Both the position numbers and the translations under genes were made by a program. DNA of 64,000 bases from Nitrospirales bacterium (GTDB lineage Bacteria; Nitrospirota; Nitrospiria; Nitrospirales; UBA8639). Of the stretch, positions 50,447 to 60,710 are shown in pieces. The stretch spans positions 2,432,001 through 2,496,000 of the forward strand of contig CBDBCZ010000019.1 in assembly GCA_965203295.1 (NCBI GenBank). The letters run 5' to 3'. The stretch's first letter is position 1, and every line of letters begins with the position of its first letter. The notes under the pieces are model-generated. The model saw nothing but the letters and a program-made list of their open reading frames with translations, ran no database searches and was not told the origin of the DNA.

Positions 50447-53140
50447 TTACACCTTCTCAATGGACACTCGGGTTAATTTGAAATATGGAACCTGGGTGAT
50501 AGGATCAAACTCAACAGGCATGAGATCTTTAATGGGTGGATCATTAAAATGTTCCGGCACGACACAACTCCCAGGAAGCAAGGCGTAATCGGGCTTGACC
50601 TGTAATTCCACATTCCCGATATCAGACGTCACACGAACACCATCTCCGTCGCTGATCCCTAACCGTTCTATATCTTCAGGACACATTCGTAGATGCTTGG
50701 AATTAGGAGCAAGCAACATCAAGCCTGATGCCTGAGTTGAGAGTTTCCCGGAATGATACAAGAGTTGAACCATTCTCAACGTAAAAGGACGTTCCTTAGT
50801 CGGCTCTGTCCCCACTTGGCCATATCGTGAATGGAGTGCTTGAGCATACCCATTGCTGAGATATGGCGTCAGATTTGCTTCCACTTTCTTGGGTTGTCCC
50901 AGATTATAGTAACCAGGCAACAATTTGCGAATCTCAACTTGAATATCTTGTGTGGACTCATAGTCCATATGGGCGCCAAGCCCATTGGCAAGTCCCACAA
51001 AAACATGCCAATCCAAGACGCTATCTCCCAACAGGTCTAGTGCGGGCCGAACGTATTGAACTTTGCCCTCTTGATTCGTGACTGTTCCGTCTTTCTCTGC
51101 AAAAGTACAAGCAGGAAATACAATATGCGCAAGATTTCCCGTTTCTGTTAAGAACGGATCCTGGCAAATCAAGACCTCCAGATTAGAAAGCGCCTCTTTA
51201 ACTCCCCACGAGGACGGCAAAGTCTCTAGCGGATTTTCACCAACCAGGTATAACGCTTTAATCTCCCCGCTTCGACAGCGTTTGAGGATCTCTATCAAGT
51301 TGGTACTTTTTCCTTCTTGAGGAAGGCCTTTCCCCCAAAACGTGGACAATTTCTCTCTCGCTGTCGAGTCATCGAAAGCGCCGAGACCAGGCAACCATTC
51401 AGGGGCCACACCCATATCAAGAGCACCTTGTTCATTGGCCTCTTCTGTGAGTGTATTAATCCCGCACCCTGATTTCCCAATTTTTCCGGTGACCCACGCC
51501 AAATCCACAAGATTGAGAACGTTGCCGTATCCATTCGCTTGACGGAGGATGCCTTCGCCACACAGAATGACAGCTCGGGGAGCCTCAGCAAAAATCTTCG
51601 CAACTTCGTGTATAGACTCAACTGACACGCCCGTCGTCTTGGATATTTCCTCTAAAGATACTGGTTCAAGCGTCTGTTTCAGCGCAGAGAAGGCCTCCGG
51701 GAAACGTTCAGTGATCTCGGCATCGACCAAGTCCTGATCTATGACCGATTTCACCAGACCCTGCACCAACAGCCCCTCAGTACCTGGCGTTACCATCAAA
51801 GGATGAGAAGCCAGTTTGGCAATATTGGTTTGTGAGGAGTCAACCGCAATGACATGAGACTTATAGGTACCAATAGCCGCTTTGACCCGCAACGATGCCA
51901 CAGGATTGGTCTCGGTCACATTGGACCCAACCAGCAAGATCGCCTTGGCCTTTGTCAGGTCCTCAGACGTATTCATCATGCGACCGACTCCCAAGGTATG
52001 CTGCATCGCCCGAATAAAGTTGACATGGCTGTACCGGGCGCTACTATCAATTTGGTTGGTCTCAAGCACAGTCCTCATAAATTTCTGGAACAGGTACAGC
52101 TCTTCGTTTGTACATCGGGCCGTGATGAGTCCAGCAATGGCCTGCGGGCCGTATTGGGATTTGACAGAGGCTAATCGACCAGCTGCAAGATTTAACGCTT
52201 CGACCCAAGGGGTTTCTGACAAACTTTTCTCTGTTCGAACCAAGGGCTGGGACAATCGAGTCTTACTGTCGATGAATTGGAATCCAAATCGTCCACGGAC
52301 ACACAAGCCATCATGCCCATTCACGGTATCGGAGCGATCACCCCACTTATTTTTCCACGAGAGGGGTGAGGTCACTCGGACGACTTCGGTATCTTTCGTT
52401 TCGATGTACATTTGACAGCCGTCACCACAGTAGTTACAGATCGTCGTTGTTTTCTTGAGTTGCCAAGGCTTGTAGCCATATTTGGAGTATTTATTCGTGA
52501 TCGCCCCAACAGGACAGACAGCCAGGCAATCCCCACAGAATTCACAATCCAAAGGCTGATCACCCTTAGCAACAACCTGAGTGAACCCATCCTTCTTCAT
52601 AAATTGGAGGGCATCAATCCGTTGAACATCCTTGCAAATATTGATGCATTCACCACAGGCAATGCACCGATTCATATTAAAGTCCAACACCAGGCTTCGT
52701 GTATCCTCAGGGATATTCTTTTGCTTCGCATTCGCCAGATTGGTGACTTCGTGCTGGAACGCCATATCCTGTAATTCACAATGACCATCAGCATCACACA
52801 CTGGACAATCTAAAGGATGGACCGACAGATGCTTTTCCACGGCCTTTTTTCTGGCTAAAAAGAGTTCCTCCCCCGTTGTCTGGATCACCATGCCGGAAGT
52901 TGCCTTGGCAGTACAGGAACGCACCGGGGCTTTTTTCCCTTCTTGCAAGACCAAACACATACCACAGGATCCAAAAGGATCAAATGTATAGTGATAGCAC
53001 ATGGCAGGGACAATATTGCCAGTACTGGAAATGACATCGTACAGTGAGACGCCTTCGTTCGCCGTCACGACTTGACCATCGAGAGTCAACTCAATCGTGG
53101 GCACTTCGGCATCAGGTGTTGTGACTGGTTTTAATGCCAT
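50447..53140 (-). CDS. nuoG: NADH-quinone oxidoreductase subunit G-like (FdhA/NuoG family)
   Basis: 2Fe-2S (C..GSCGMC..SC), HPLDCPVC, two CxxCxxCxxxC motifs, CNYCGDGC; no Mo-ligand Cys (IDSSARYSH). Confidence 0.88.
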   Translation of the reverse strand: MALKPVTTPDAEVPTIELTLDGQVVTANEGVSLYDVISSTGNIVPAMCYHYTFDPFGSCGMCLVLQEGKKAPVRSCTAKATSGMVIQTTGEELFLARKKAVEKHLSVHPLDCPVCDADGHCELQDMAFQHEVTNLANAKQKNIPEDTRSLVLDFNMNRCIACGECINICKDVQRIDALQFMKKDGFTQVVAKGDQPLDCEFCGDCLAVCPVGAITNKYSKYGYKPWQLKKTTTICNYCGDGCQMYIETKDTEVVRVTSPLSWKNKWGDRSDTVNGHDGLCVRGRFGFQFIDSKTRLSQPLVRTEKSLSETPWVEALNLAAGRLASVKSQYGPQAIAGLITARCTNEELYLFQKFMRTVLETNQIDSSARYSHVNFIRAMQHTLGVGRMMNTSEDLTKAKAILLVGSNVTETNPVASLRVKAAIGTYKSHVIAVDSSQTNIAKLASHPLMVTPGTEGLLVQGLVKSVIDQDLVDAEITERFPEAFSALKQTLEPVSLEEISKTTGVSVESIHEVAKIFAEAPRAVILCGEGILRQANGYGNVLNLVDLAWVTGKIGKSGCGINTLTEEANEQGALDMGVAPEWLPGLGAFDDSTAREKLSTFWGKGLPQEGKSTNLIEILKRCRSGEIKALYLVGENPLETLPSSWGVKEALSNLEVLICQDPFLTETGNLAHIVFPACTFAEKDGTVTNQEGKVQYVRPALDLLGDSVLDWHVFVGLANGLGAHMDYESTQDIQVEIRKLLPGYYNLGQPKKVEANLTPYLSNGYAQALHSRYGQVGTEPTKERPFTLRMVQLLYHSGKLSTQASGLMLLAPNSKHLRMCPEDIERLGISDGDGVRVTSDIGNVELQVKPDYALLPGSCVVPEHFNDPPIKDLMPVEFDPITQVPYFKLTRVSIEKV

Positions 53141-53193
53141 ATACTCTTCCCTCTTCTCTTAACGAATTTCCCACTTTGTGACAAAGTGTCGTC

Positions 53194-54459
53194 TTAGCGG
53201 TCACATTCCCCCATCACGATATCATATGTCCCGAAAATGGTGACCGCATCAGCAATCATATAGCCTCGCGCCATGAAGTCAAAGGCGCCCATATGAATAA
53301 ACGAAGGAGCCCGGATTTTCAGACGATACGGTTGTCCTCCCCCAGTGCTGACAATATAAAAGCCCAACTCACCTTTGTGGGCTTCAGTTCCGCAATAGAT
53401 TTCTCCAGGTGGCGCATCAAAGCCCTGAGAAAAGAGCTTAAACTGCTGGATCATGGATTCGAGGTTCGTGAAGACTCTGTCCTTCGGTGGGAGAGTCACG
53501 CTGGGGACATCAGCTAATATCGGTCCTTCTTTGGGCATTTGCTCCATACACTGTCGGATGATTTTAACGCTTTCGTGCATCTCTTCAATCCGAATCCAAT
53601 ACCGATCATAGGTGTCTCCGTTCTTCCCAACAGGAACGCTAAATTCACACTTGGGATAGGCTCCATAGGACTCGTATTTCCGTAAATCATAGTCGACACC
53701 CGACCCACGGAGCGTAGGACCGCTGAGTCCGAAGCTCAAAGCATCCTCTGCTGAAATGACCGCGACACCTCGAGTACGGGCCAACCAAATACGATTCTTT
53801 TCCAGAAACACCACATATTCTTCAATCTTGGGCGGGAAGTAATCTAAGAACCGACGAATCTTATCTTCCAGAGAAGGCGTGAAGTCTCGTTCGACACCAC
53901 CGATGCGATACCAACTTGTCGTCAATCGTGCCCCGCAGAGCTCATCGAACCAATCGAGAAGAATTTCTCGATCACGGAAGGTATAAAAGAACACGGTCAT
54001 CGCACCAATGTCGAGAGCTTGAGTGCCTAACCAAAAGAGGTGACCAATAATCCGTTGAACCTCGGCGACAATGGTCCGAAGGTATTCAGCTCGGTCCGGA
54101 ATAGTCATATCCATCAGCTTTTCCACAGCCCGACAGTAAGCAAAGTTGTTGTACATGGCACAGACATAATCCAGACGATCGGTGTGGGGAATGAATTGAT
54201 GATACGTGCCATGTTCAGCAAGCTTTTCAACTCCACGATGGAGGAAGCCCAAAACGGGGATGGATTTAACGATTCGTTCCCCTTCCAACTCCAGAATGAC
54301 TTTCAAGACGCCATGGGTGCTGGGATGCTGTGGCCCCATGTTCAGAAGCAACTCTTCTGTTCGAAGCGTGGGGAGAGATTGGGTCTCCGGATGTTCCGGA
54401 TTCACTCTATAGACGGTGTCGCGTTGGTCTTCCAGAAACGCCATGATTTTCCCTGTCAA
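53194..54459 (-). CDS. nuoD: NADH-quinone oxidoreductase subunit D
   Basis: NMGPQHPSTHGVL, LHRGVEK, DRLDY, DIVMGECDR. Confidence 0.96.
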   Translation of the reverse strand: MTGKIMAFLEDQRDTVYRVNPEHPETQSLPTLRTEELLLNMGPQHPSTHGVLKVILELEGERIVKSIPVLGFLHRGVEKLAEHGTYHQFIPHTDRLDYVCAMYNNFAYCRAVEKLMDMTIPDRAEYLRTIVAEVQRIIGHLFWLGTQALDIGAMTVFFYTFRDREILLDWFDELCGARLTTSWYRIGGVERDFTPSLEDKIRRFLDYFPPKIEEYVVFLEKNRIWLARTRGVAVISAEDALSFGLSGPTLRGSGVDYDLRKYESYGAYPKCEFSVPVGKNGDTYDRYWIRIEEMHESVKIIRQCMEQMPKEGPILADVPSVTLPPKDRVFTNLESMIQQFKLFSQGFDAPPGEIYCGTEAHKGELGFYIVSTGGGQPYRLKIRAPSFIHMGAFDFMARGYMIADAVTIFGTYDIVMGECDR

Positions 54460-54486
54460 TTACATTCGTGAGAGATCCTTTAGCCC

Positions 54487-54975
54487 TTAGTCATTTAAAA
54501 AATCGAAGGTGTCACGCCAGCCTTTTCCCTGAAGTGGGAAGTCTTTTCGAAGAGGATATCCCTCCGGGTAATCATCTGGCATTAAGATCCGTCGAAGGTC
54601 TCCGTGATTCCGAAATCGAATCCCCATCATGTCAAAGACCTCACGTTCCATGAAATCGGCACCTTTCCAAATATCCATCATGGAATCCACGATACAATCA
54701 TTCTCCGGCACCCGCGTTTTAATGCGAATCCGATTCCGATGGCGAATCGAATAGACTTCGTACACGACTTCAAACCGCTCTTCGTCATCAGGCCAATCCA
54801 CGGAACTCACATGGACAATATAATCGAACGCCATGGCGGGGTCATCATGAAGAAACTTGCAGATCTTATGAATATGATCGCGCTTGACCGTGACCGCCAA
54901 ATCACCATGCCACTCCGTGGCCTCTTGAAACCCTTCAGGGAAGCGACTTTGAATCTGTTCAGCTAAGGCATGCAT
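54487..54975 (-). CDS. nuoC: NADH-quinone oxidoreductase subunit C
   Basis: EREVFDMMGIRF..H.DLRRILMP...YPLRKDFP. Confidence 0.95.
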   Translation of the reverse strand: MHALAEQIQSRFPEGFQEATEWHGDLAVTVKRDHIHKICKFLHDDPAMAFDYIVHVSSVDWPDDEERFEVVYEVYSIRHRNRIRIKTRVPENDCIVDSMMDIWKGADFMEREVFDMMGIRFRNHGDLRRILMPDDYPEGYPLRKDFPLQGKGWRDTFDFLND

Positions 54976-55052
54976 CTATACGTTCCAGAAAACCTTTCAG
55001 AAATTCCCCCAAGAATGTTTTCATTCTTCGGAACGGGGATCAGAAGAAAAAC

Positions 55053-55568
55053 TTACGCTTTGACTTCCTCAGGCTGCTTGGTAAACACACGCTTCACCAT
55101 AATGCGGTCTTGAAGTTTTAAGATCCCATCGAACAATGCTTCCGGGGTTGGCGGGCAACCAGGAACATAAATATCAACAGGGACAAATCGATCAACTCCC
55201 TGAACCACACTATAACTGTCGTAAATATTTCCAGATGTCGCGCAGGACCCCATGGAAATGACATATTTGGGTTCAGGCATTTGGTCATAGATTTTCCGAA
55301 TCACGGGGGCCATCCGTCGACAGACGGTCCCCGCAACAATCATGAGATCCGATTGGCGTGGAGAAGCCCGAAATACGCCAGCTCCATACCGGTCAATATC
55401 GTATCGAGCAGACACCGCCGCAATCATTTCAATGGCGCAACAGGCCAAGCCAAACGTCATGGGCCATAGTGAACCCTTCCGCGCCCAGTTCACAGCTTTC
55501 TCGAGCGATAGGGTCATCACACCGATATCGCCATCCTTTTCACGTTTTCCTAGTTGGATGAGTCCCAT
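55053..55568 (-). CDS. nuoB: NADH-quinone oxidoreductase subunit B
   Basis: [25 protein letters not shown]. Confidence 0.96.
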   Translation of the reverse strand: MGLIQLGKREKDGDIGVMTLSLEKAVNWARKGSLWPMTFGLACCAIEMIAAVSARYDIDRYGAGVFRASPRQSDLMIVAGTVCRRMAPVIRKIYDQMPEPKYVISMGSCATSGNIYDSYSVVQGVDRFVPVDIYVPGCPPTPEALFDGILKLQDRIMVKRVFTKQPEEVKA

Positions 55569-55646
55569 GTTGGATCCTTTTTCTTTCTATAAGGCGTTAG
55601 GGAATCACAATACAGTGGAATAACAAACGGGCATTTCCCTCTCTCG

Positions 55647-56033
55647 TTAATCCCACTCTAAGGCCCCTTTTCTCCAGGCATAGACATAGGCCACAACAAA
55701 CAGACCAATGAAAATCATCATTTCAATGAGCCCAATCACCCCCAACTGATCAAAGGCAACAGCCCAGGGATAGAGGAAGATGACCTCAATATCGAAAATC
55801 ACAAACAGCATGGCAATGACATAGTATCGAACGGGGAATGGCATCCTGGAATCAGAAAAAGGTTCACTCCCGCATTCATAGGTCGTGTATTTTTCCGGCT
55901 CGGGATACTTGGGCTGAAGAAAATAACTGAGAATCAGGGTGACCACGCCAAAGGCAAAGGCCAAGAAAATAAAAATCAAGATGGAAGCGTAGTTCGTCAG
56001 GTATTCAAGTAGAAGGTCGAATCCACTGACCAT
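55647..56033 (-). CDS. nuoA: NADH-quinone oxidoreductase subunit A
   Basis: YECG, FVIFDIEVIFLYPWA, WRKGALEW. Confidence 0.96.
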   Translation of the reverse strand: MVSGFDLLLEYLTNYASILIFIFLAFAFGVVTLILSYFLQPKYPEPEKYTTYECGSEPFSDSRMPFPVRYYVIAMLFVIFDIEVIFLYPWAVAFDQLGVIGLIEMMIFIGLFVVAYVYAWRKGALEWD

Positions 56034-56594
56034 TTGATAGCCTCTTTACCTTAAGGAAACCTAAGATTTTGGCCGGATTTCAAATCGTAACACCTCAATT
56101 TTTAAGGAATCAAGGGAACAAAAGACCTACCGCAAAACATCGAAGAGCCTAAAGAGAACAGACCATAAGGTTTCTCCCCCAAAGCCCTTGGGTCCTGCTT
56201 TTTTGCACCCGGTAAGACTGGTAATAAGTGAGGCTTGGGAAAAAGAATTGAGGATTCTCTACTGTTTTTTCATACTTTCAGGGGGCATTCGTAGATTTCG
56301 AGGCGGGGCATGGACCGATTCTTTCCATTCATCGGTGAAGGGAGAAACAGCCTTGGCTTTTTTTCGACGGTGGATTTGGGTCTCAATCCGACGTGACGGA
56401 GGTTGGGATTTTGGAGATTTTGTCAATTTGCTCGACTGAGAAGGTTTCATGAGTATCAGAAAAGAGTCCAGGTATTTGCTCTAGAGACGTCCCTTCACGC
56501 ATTATATCAACGGCATACTATAAAGAACTTCAGCTCACCCAGTCAACTCATGAATAAGCTGGACGAGGCAAATTTCACGACAACGCCTGTGAGC

Positions 56595-57128
56595 TCATGG
56601 AGAGGAGGAGTCCGGTGATGACCACATCGGAATTCGAGATGGATGACTCTGCAGATCGCTATTGTCGTAGGGGCGTTCGTTCCCAGTGACACCATCTTCA
56701 TGAGGGTCCGACCACATTTCCCCGTTCTCCTGCTCGAACTCTCCATTCTGATTAACATCGACCCAATAAAAGAGGGGTTCTCCAATCGTAATCACAACCG
56801 GCGTGCCGAATTCGTCCAACCAGACCTTGTAGGTCCGTCTAGCCGTCATGAAATTGGGGGAGCCTGAATCGGTCATATCAAACAACCTAAAAAACATATC
56901 ATTCCGCCAGTCGTAATAGGCTTTGACTTCGCGAGGATCGAATTCCTCTGGCTCTTTTGGAATAGGGTTTGGCGGATAGACTTGATCCCCGGGATTTTTA
57001 GGACTACCCAACCAAGGGGATCCCCCAGCAAACGAGATATTTGTGGACATGCATGAGATCGCAAAGAGTCCTACTCCGAGCATTATCACAACACGTATGG
57101 ACCTATCCCACTCTTTTTGCTTTGCCAC
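56595..57128 (-). CDS. Hypothetical probable lipoprotein
   Basis: Hydrophobic signal ending FAISC; acidic, Pro-rich, DVNQNGE motif. Confidence 0.6.
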   Translation of the reverse strand: MAKQKEWDRSIRVVIMLGVGLFAISCMSTNISFAGGSPWLGSPKNPGDQVYPPNPIPKEPEEFDPREVKAYYDWRNDMFFRLFDMTDSGSPNFMTARRTYKVWLDEFGTPVVITIGEPLFYWVDVNQNGEFEQENGEMWSDPHEDGVTGNERPYDNSDLQSHPSRIPMWSSPDSSSP

Positions 57129-57363
57129 GATCTACCTTTAGACGTCCATCACTCATCAAGTTTACTCGATCCTTCATTTTAACCTAATGATCACCTCATA
57201 TGTAAGAATTCGAATTCCAGTTGACGGACACTGTCAGATGACGTTGGGAATGCTTGCGGCAGGCAGGGAAACTTAGTCGTAAAAATTTAGGATCCATCTG
57301 TCAAACATTGTCTAGTGAAGTTTAGGTTCGGTGAACTTGGTTGTAGCCCGTGTATACTCTTCT

Positions 57364-57435
57364 CGTCATTCCTCCGAAGGCAGAAATCTAGGATTTCAAC
57401 CCCAAGCAGGAAGAACAACAAGATGGATCCCCGCC
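57364..57435. repeat. Degenerate REP-like doublet
   Basis: CGTCATTCCTCCGAAGGCAGAAATCTAG and partial inverted partner TGGATCCCCGCC resemble GTCATTCCCGCGAAGGCGGGAATCCAG-type palindromes. Confidence 0.45.
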
Positions 57436-57465
57436 AAAGGTTTATAAAAATCTGTCCTCTTTTTT

Positions 57466-57662
57466 TGTTCCGCCTTGCGCGCGGCTGAGTCCTAGCGCCG
57501 AATCCGACAATTCGGTGAGGACTGTCTGAGCGGAGCGAGTTCCGCAGCCATGTGATTCGGCGCTGGGACGAAGGAGACCCGCAGGACCCGCGCGCGAGCG
57601 GGAATGGTTTTGGGTCCTTTTGCCGAAACAAAAGGACCTCGACTGCCGTGGCGAAACCCGGC
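57466..57662 (+). repeat. GC-rich highly structured intergenic element (MITE-like or ncRNA)
   Basis: Nested stems 57489-57504/57554-57569 (16 bp, one G-U), outer CGCGCGG/CCGCGCG, hairpin 57613-57638, terminal GAAA-type hairpin. Confidence 0.6.
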
Positions 57663-57788
57663 CAAGTAGAGCTGTGGACGAGAAAATCGGATCTTTAAAC
57701 TTTAAACCCGAAACTCCCTTCCCCGACCTTGTTTGTGGGTTCACCAACGCCCTGTTACAATCTTTTCCTGGAATTCATCCTTCGATTT

Positions 57789-60146
57789 ATGTTTGCCAAC
57801 ATCGCTTTTCCTCCAAATTTTTCCAAAATCTTCACCTATTCTATTCCTTCTAGATTGGAGGGGAGAGCCCAGATAGGTCAATGGGTTCTTGTTCCATTTG
57901 GTCAAGCCACTCGAGAAGGATTAGTGGTTTCAAAAAACCACCTTCTCCCTGACTTTGACTCCAACCAACAACGCAAGATTCCCCACATTAAAGACATTAT
58001 TGATATAGTCCCAACAGGATCTAGGATTTCAGTGGATCCTTCACTCCTCACATTGGCACAAGACATTGGATCTTACTACCTCGCCCCTTTGACGTTGTGC
58101 CTTCGCCTCTTCCACCTGAACGAGACCTATTTGCCCAGAATCAGTCAAAAAATTTACTTGACTGAGTTGGGAAGAAAAGCGAGTGTGGAAAATCGGCGTT
58201 TGCAACCGATTACGTACGAAATTCTCACACGCCTCGACAAAGCACCGAAGGGCTTAACCCTGGCCACGCTCAAGCGCCATGCACCTTCTTCTATTGAGCG
58301 GGTTCTTCAGGGACTCAGGAACCGTGGATGGATTGATACTAAAAGCTATATCCCAACAGTTCACCAAACTTACCTGCAGAGAAAAGTTACACCTCTTTTG
58401 ACTCAATCAGACCAAAACGACACTTCAGAGATCCAAAGTACTTCGTCCCCCACCGACACCAGACACGAGCATGAACGGACATTGTCTGCGACTCAACTTC
58501 TGTCAAAAGTGAGCGATGAGCCTTGGCGCATTGAATGTCAAGAAGCGCTTCAAAAAAAACAGTATCAACCAATGTTCTTCTTTGCACCAAAAGCGGAACT
58601 CTTATCGGGCTACATTTGCGCAATCCAAGAGACGTTGGGTTCACAGCGTAACGCACTCATGATTACTCCTGAACTAGAACGTGCGGAGAGCCTTGTGAAC
58701 CACATCAAGCCGTTGTGGGGAAACCAAGTGGCTCTATTCCATAGCGGGCTATCGAACCGCGAACGTTTGGAACTCGGGAAACATCTTGAAGAAGGAAAAG
58801 TGCGCGTGGTCATCGGGACGAGATCAGCATTATTCATTGCTCTCCCTAACCTTGGGCTAATTGGAGTCGACCAAGAAGACAACCCTTTACTGAAGGATGA
58901 ACAACGCCCCTACTACCATGTACGAGAAGTGGCTCAAATGCGGGCGTCACAAGCCTCGGCTGTTTTTCTCTTAGGAACTTCTCATCCATCCATGGAGACC
59001 TATTTTTCTTTCTCCCAATCAGAGGCTCGTCGCGAGCTCCTAACCTTCGAGAGAAGAAAGGATTTGCCAAGAGTTCAGGTCATCAATCTGAAAGAGATAC
59101 CATATGAACAGGTGTTGTCAGACGAAATGATTCACGGAATTCGAACAGCCATTGACCAAAAGGGCGGGGCCCTCATTTTCCTAAACCGAAAGGGATTCTC
59201 GTCTGCCCTCTCCTGCAAAGCCTGTGGGTTCACTCCCCACTGCCAACGTTGTCACGTTTCTTTCACGGTATTTAAAACTCCCGCTCGCCTTTGTTGCACG
59301 TATTGCGGAGCCTCACAATCGATCCCGCTGACATGTCCATCTTGTCATGCGACCCATCTGCATCCGGTCGGTTTCGGGACCGAACGGATTGAGGAACTCC
59401 TTCGCCAACGCTTCCCAACTGCGACAATCGCCCGTTTTGATCGGGACGCCCTCCCAACCCCCAGCGCCGCGAGAAAAATTCGAGACCAATTTCAACAGGA
59501 CACGACCCACATCTTGATTGGCACACAACTTCTGTTACCGGCCTTATCTGTCCCCAAAGTTCAGTTCGTCGGTGTTCCCTATGCAGATGCCAGCCTTCAT
59601 TTTCCCGATTTTCGATCGAGTGAACGAGTTTTCCACCAGTTGGCAAGCGCTGTGGAACTTGCCCATTCTCAGAAAGACGGAGGCCATGTCGTCATTCAAA
59701 CGTACCTCCCGACTCATCATGTTCTACAATCCATTGTGGAGCAAGACCCGACGATCTTCTATGAGCATGAATTGGCCTTTCGAGAGGTCCTGGATTATCC
59801 ACCCTTTACACATCTCATTCTGTTGCAAGTTGCAGGGGAAGATTCAGAAACAGTTCGCTCCATGGCCACAAAATGGGCAAATGAGTTGCATCAAGTTTTT
59901 TCGACACTTCAGAAAGATTCTGCCAAACACGATCCCAAGTCTCCAGCCAAAGAATTTCTCCTCGGACCGATACCAGCCCACTCATCGAAGGGACGGGGGA
60001 AAAGCCGTTTTAAAATATTGATCAAGGCCAAAGATTTGCGTAAGGCAGGCAAGCTGATCCAGCAATCGCTGACGAGATTCGAAGAAGAGAAGAAAAGGAA
60101 TTCCCTTAAGTTCAGCGTGAACGTGGATCCAATGGAGGCCGTTTGA
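57789..60146 (+). CDS. priA: Primosomal protein N' with degenerate helicase motifs
   Basis: FTYSIP, VLVPFG, IGTRSALF, FLNRKGFS, four CxxC, GFGTERIEE, PDFRSSER, YPPF, VNVDP. Confidence 0.88.
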   Translation: MFANIAFPPNFSKIFTYSIPSRLEGRAQIGQWVLVPFGQATREGLVVSKNHLLPDFDSNQQRKIPHIKDIIDIVPTGSRISVDPSLLTLAQDIGSYYLAPLTLCLRLFHLNETYLPRISQKIYLTELGRKASVENRRLQPITYEILTRLDKAPKGLTLATLKRHAPSSIERVLQGLRNRGWIDTKSYIPTVHQTYLQRKVTPLLTQSDQNDTSEIQSTSSPTDTRHEHERTLSATQLLSKVSDEPWRIECQEALQKKQYQPMFFFAPKAELLSGYICAIQETLGSQRNALMITPELERAESLVNHIKPLWGNQVALFHSGLSNRERLELGKHLEEGKVRVVIGTRSALFIALPNLGLIGVDQEDNPLLKDEQRPYYHVREVAQMRASQASAVFLLGTSHPSMETYFSFSQSEARRELLTFERRKDLPRVQVINLKEIPYEQVLSDEMIHGIRTAIDQKGGALIFLNRKGFSSALSCKACGFTPHCQRCHVSFTVFKTPARLCCTYCGASQSIPLTCPSCHATHLHPVGFGTERIEELLRQRFPTATIARFDRDALPTPSAARKIRDQFQQDTTHILIGTQLLLPALSVPKVQFVGVPYADASLHFPDFRSSERVFHQLASAVELAHSQKDGGHVVIQTYLPTHHVLQSIVEQDPTIFYEHELAFREVLDYPPFTHLILLQVAGEDSETVRSMATKWANELHQVFSTLQKDSAKHDPKSPAKEFLLGPIPAHSSKGRGKSRFKILIKAKDLRKAGKLIQQSLTRFEEEKKRNSLKFSVNVDPMEAV

Positions 60147-60163
60147 GTAAGGGTGAGTTCGAC

Positions 60164-60604
60164 TTAGACTGTCCGTCGCTTCTTTTTCTTCGCTTTAGAA
60201 AGGCTTGAGGAGCCAGGAGTAGACGGCTGCGGCGGAGCATTTTTTTGTTGAATTCGGCGATAGATTCCATAGGCAAACGTCAGCCAGAACACTCCGGAAA
60301 ATAACCCGAACAGAACAGCGGTAAAAATTCGTTGCATGTCTTCCAACGGCGGTTCTGATCCAAACGCTTGAATGTCCTTCAGCATCAGAAAAGGCCATGC
60401 GAGACTTTCGAGTCCGATGAGGAGAGTAGAACATGCCCAGACATGGCTTGGGGTGGGACAAGTTTTTCCGAAAATGACCGTCAAGAGGACAACGATGACA
60501 ACAGTAACGGGCAGGGATAAATCTCCCAATAACATCCACAGTCCAATGGTCACGGCCATGCTGCCAATGACCGCATGAACCAGCAGTTTGGGTGAAGGCG
60601 TCAT
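60164..60604 (-). CDS. Hypothetical membrane protein
   Basis: About four hydrophobic segments and a basic tail. Confidence 0.7.
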   Translation of the reverse strand: MTPSPKLLVHAVIGSMAVTIGLWMLLGDLSLPVTVVIVVLLTVIFGKTCPTPSHVWACSTLLIGLESLAWPFLMLKDIQAFGSEPPLEDMQRIFTAVLFGLFSGVFWLTFAYGIYRRIQQKNAPPQPSTPGSSSLSKAKKKKRRTV

Positions 60605-60710
60605 GGGAAGTTACTCATAATCTTCTCGTGATTGATGCAAGAGGAATCCCTACAATAAGGTACTCAGTCAATGAAAACCAAATTGACAGATTGAATGTAA
60701 GGAAAGGGAA

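Noticed and set aside
50447..53140. Formate dehydrogenase alpha subunit
   Set aside because: No Cys/Sec at the Mo-ligand position, and it occupies the nuoG slot
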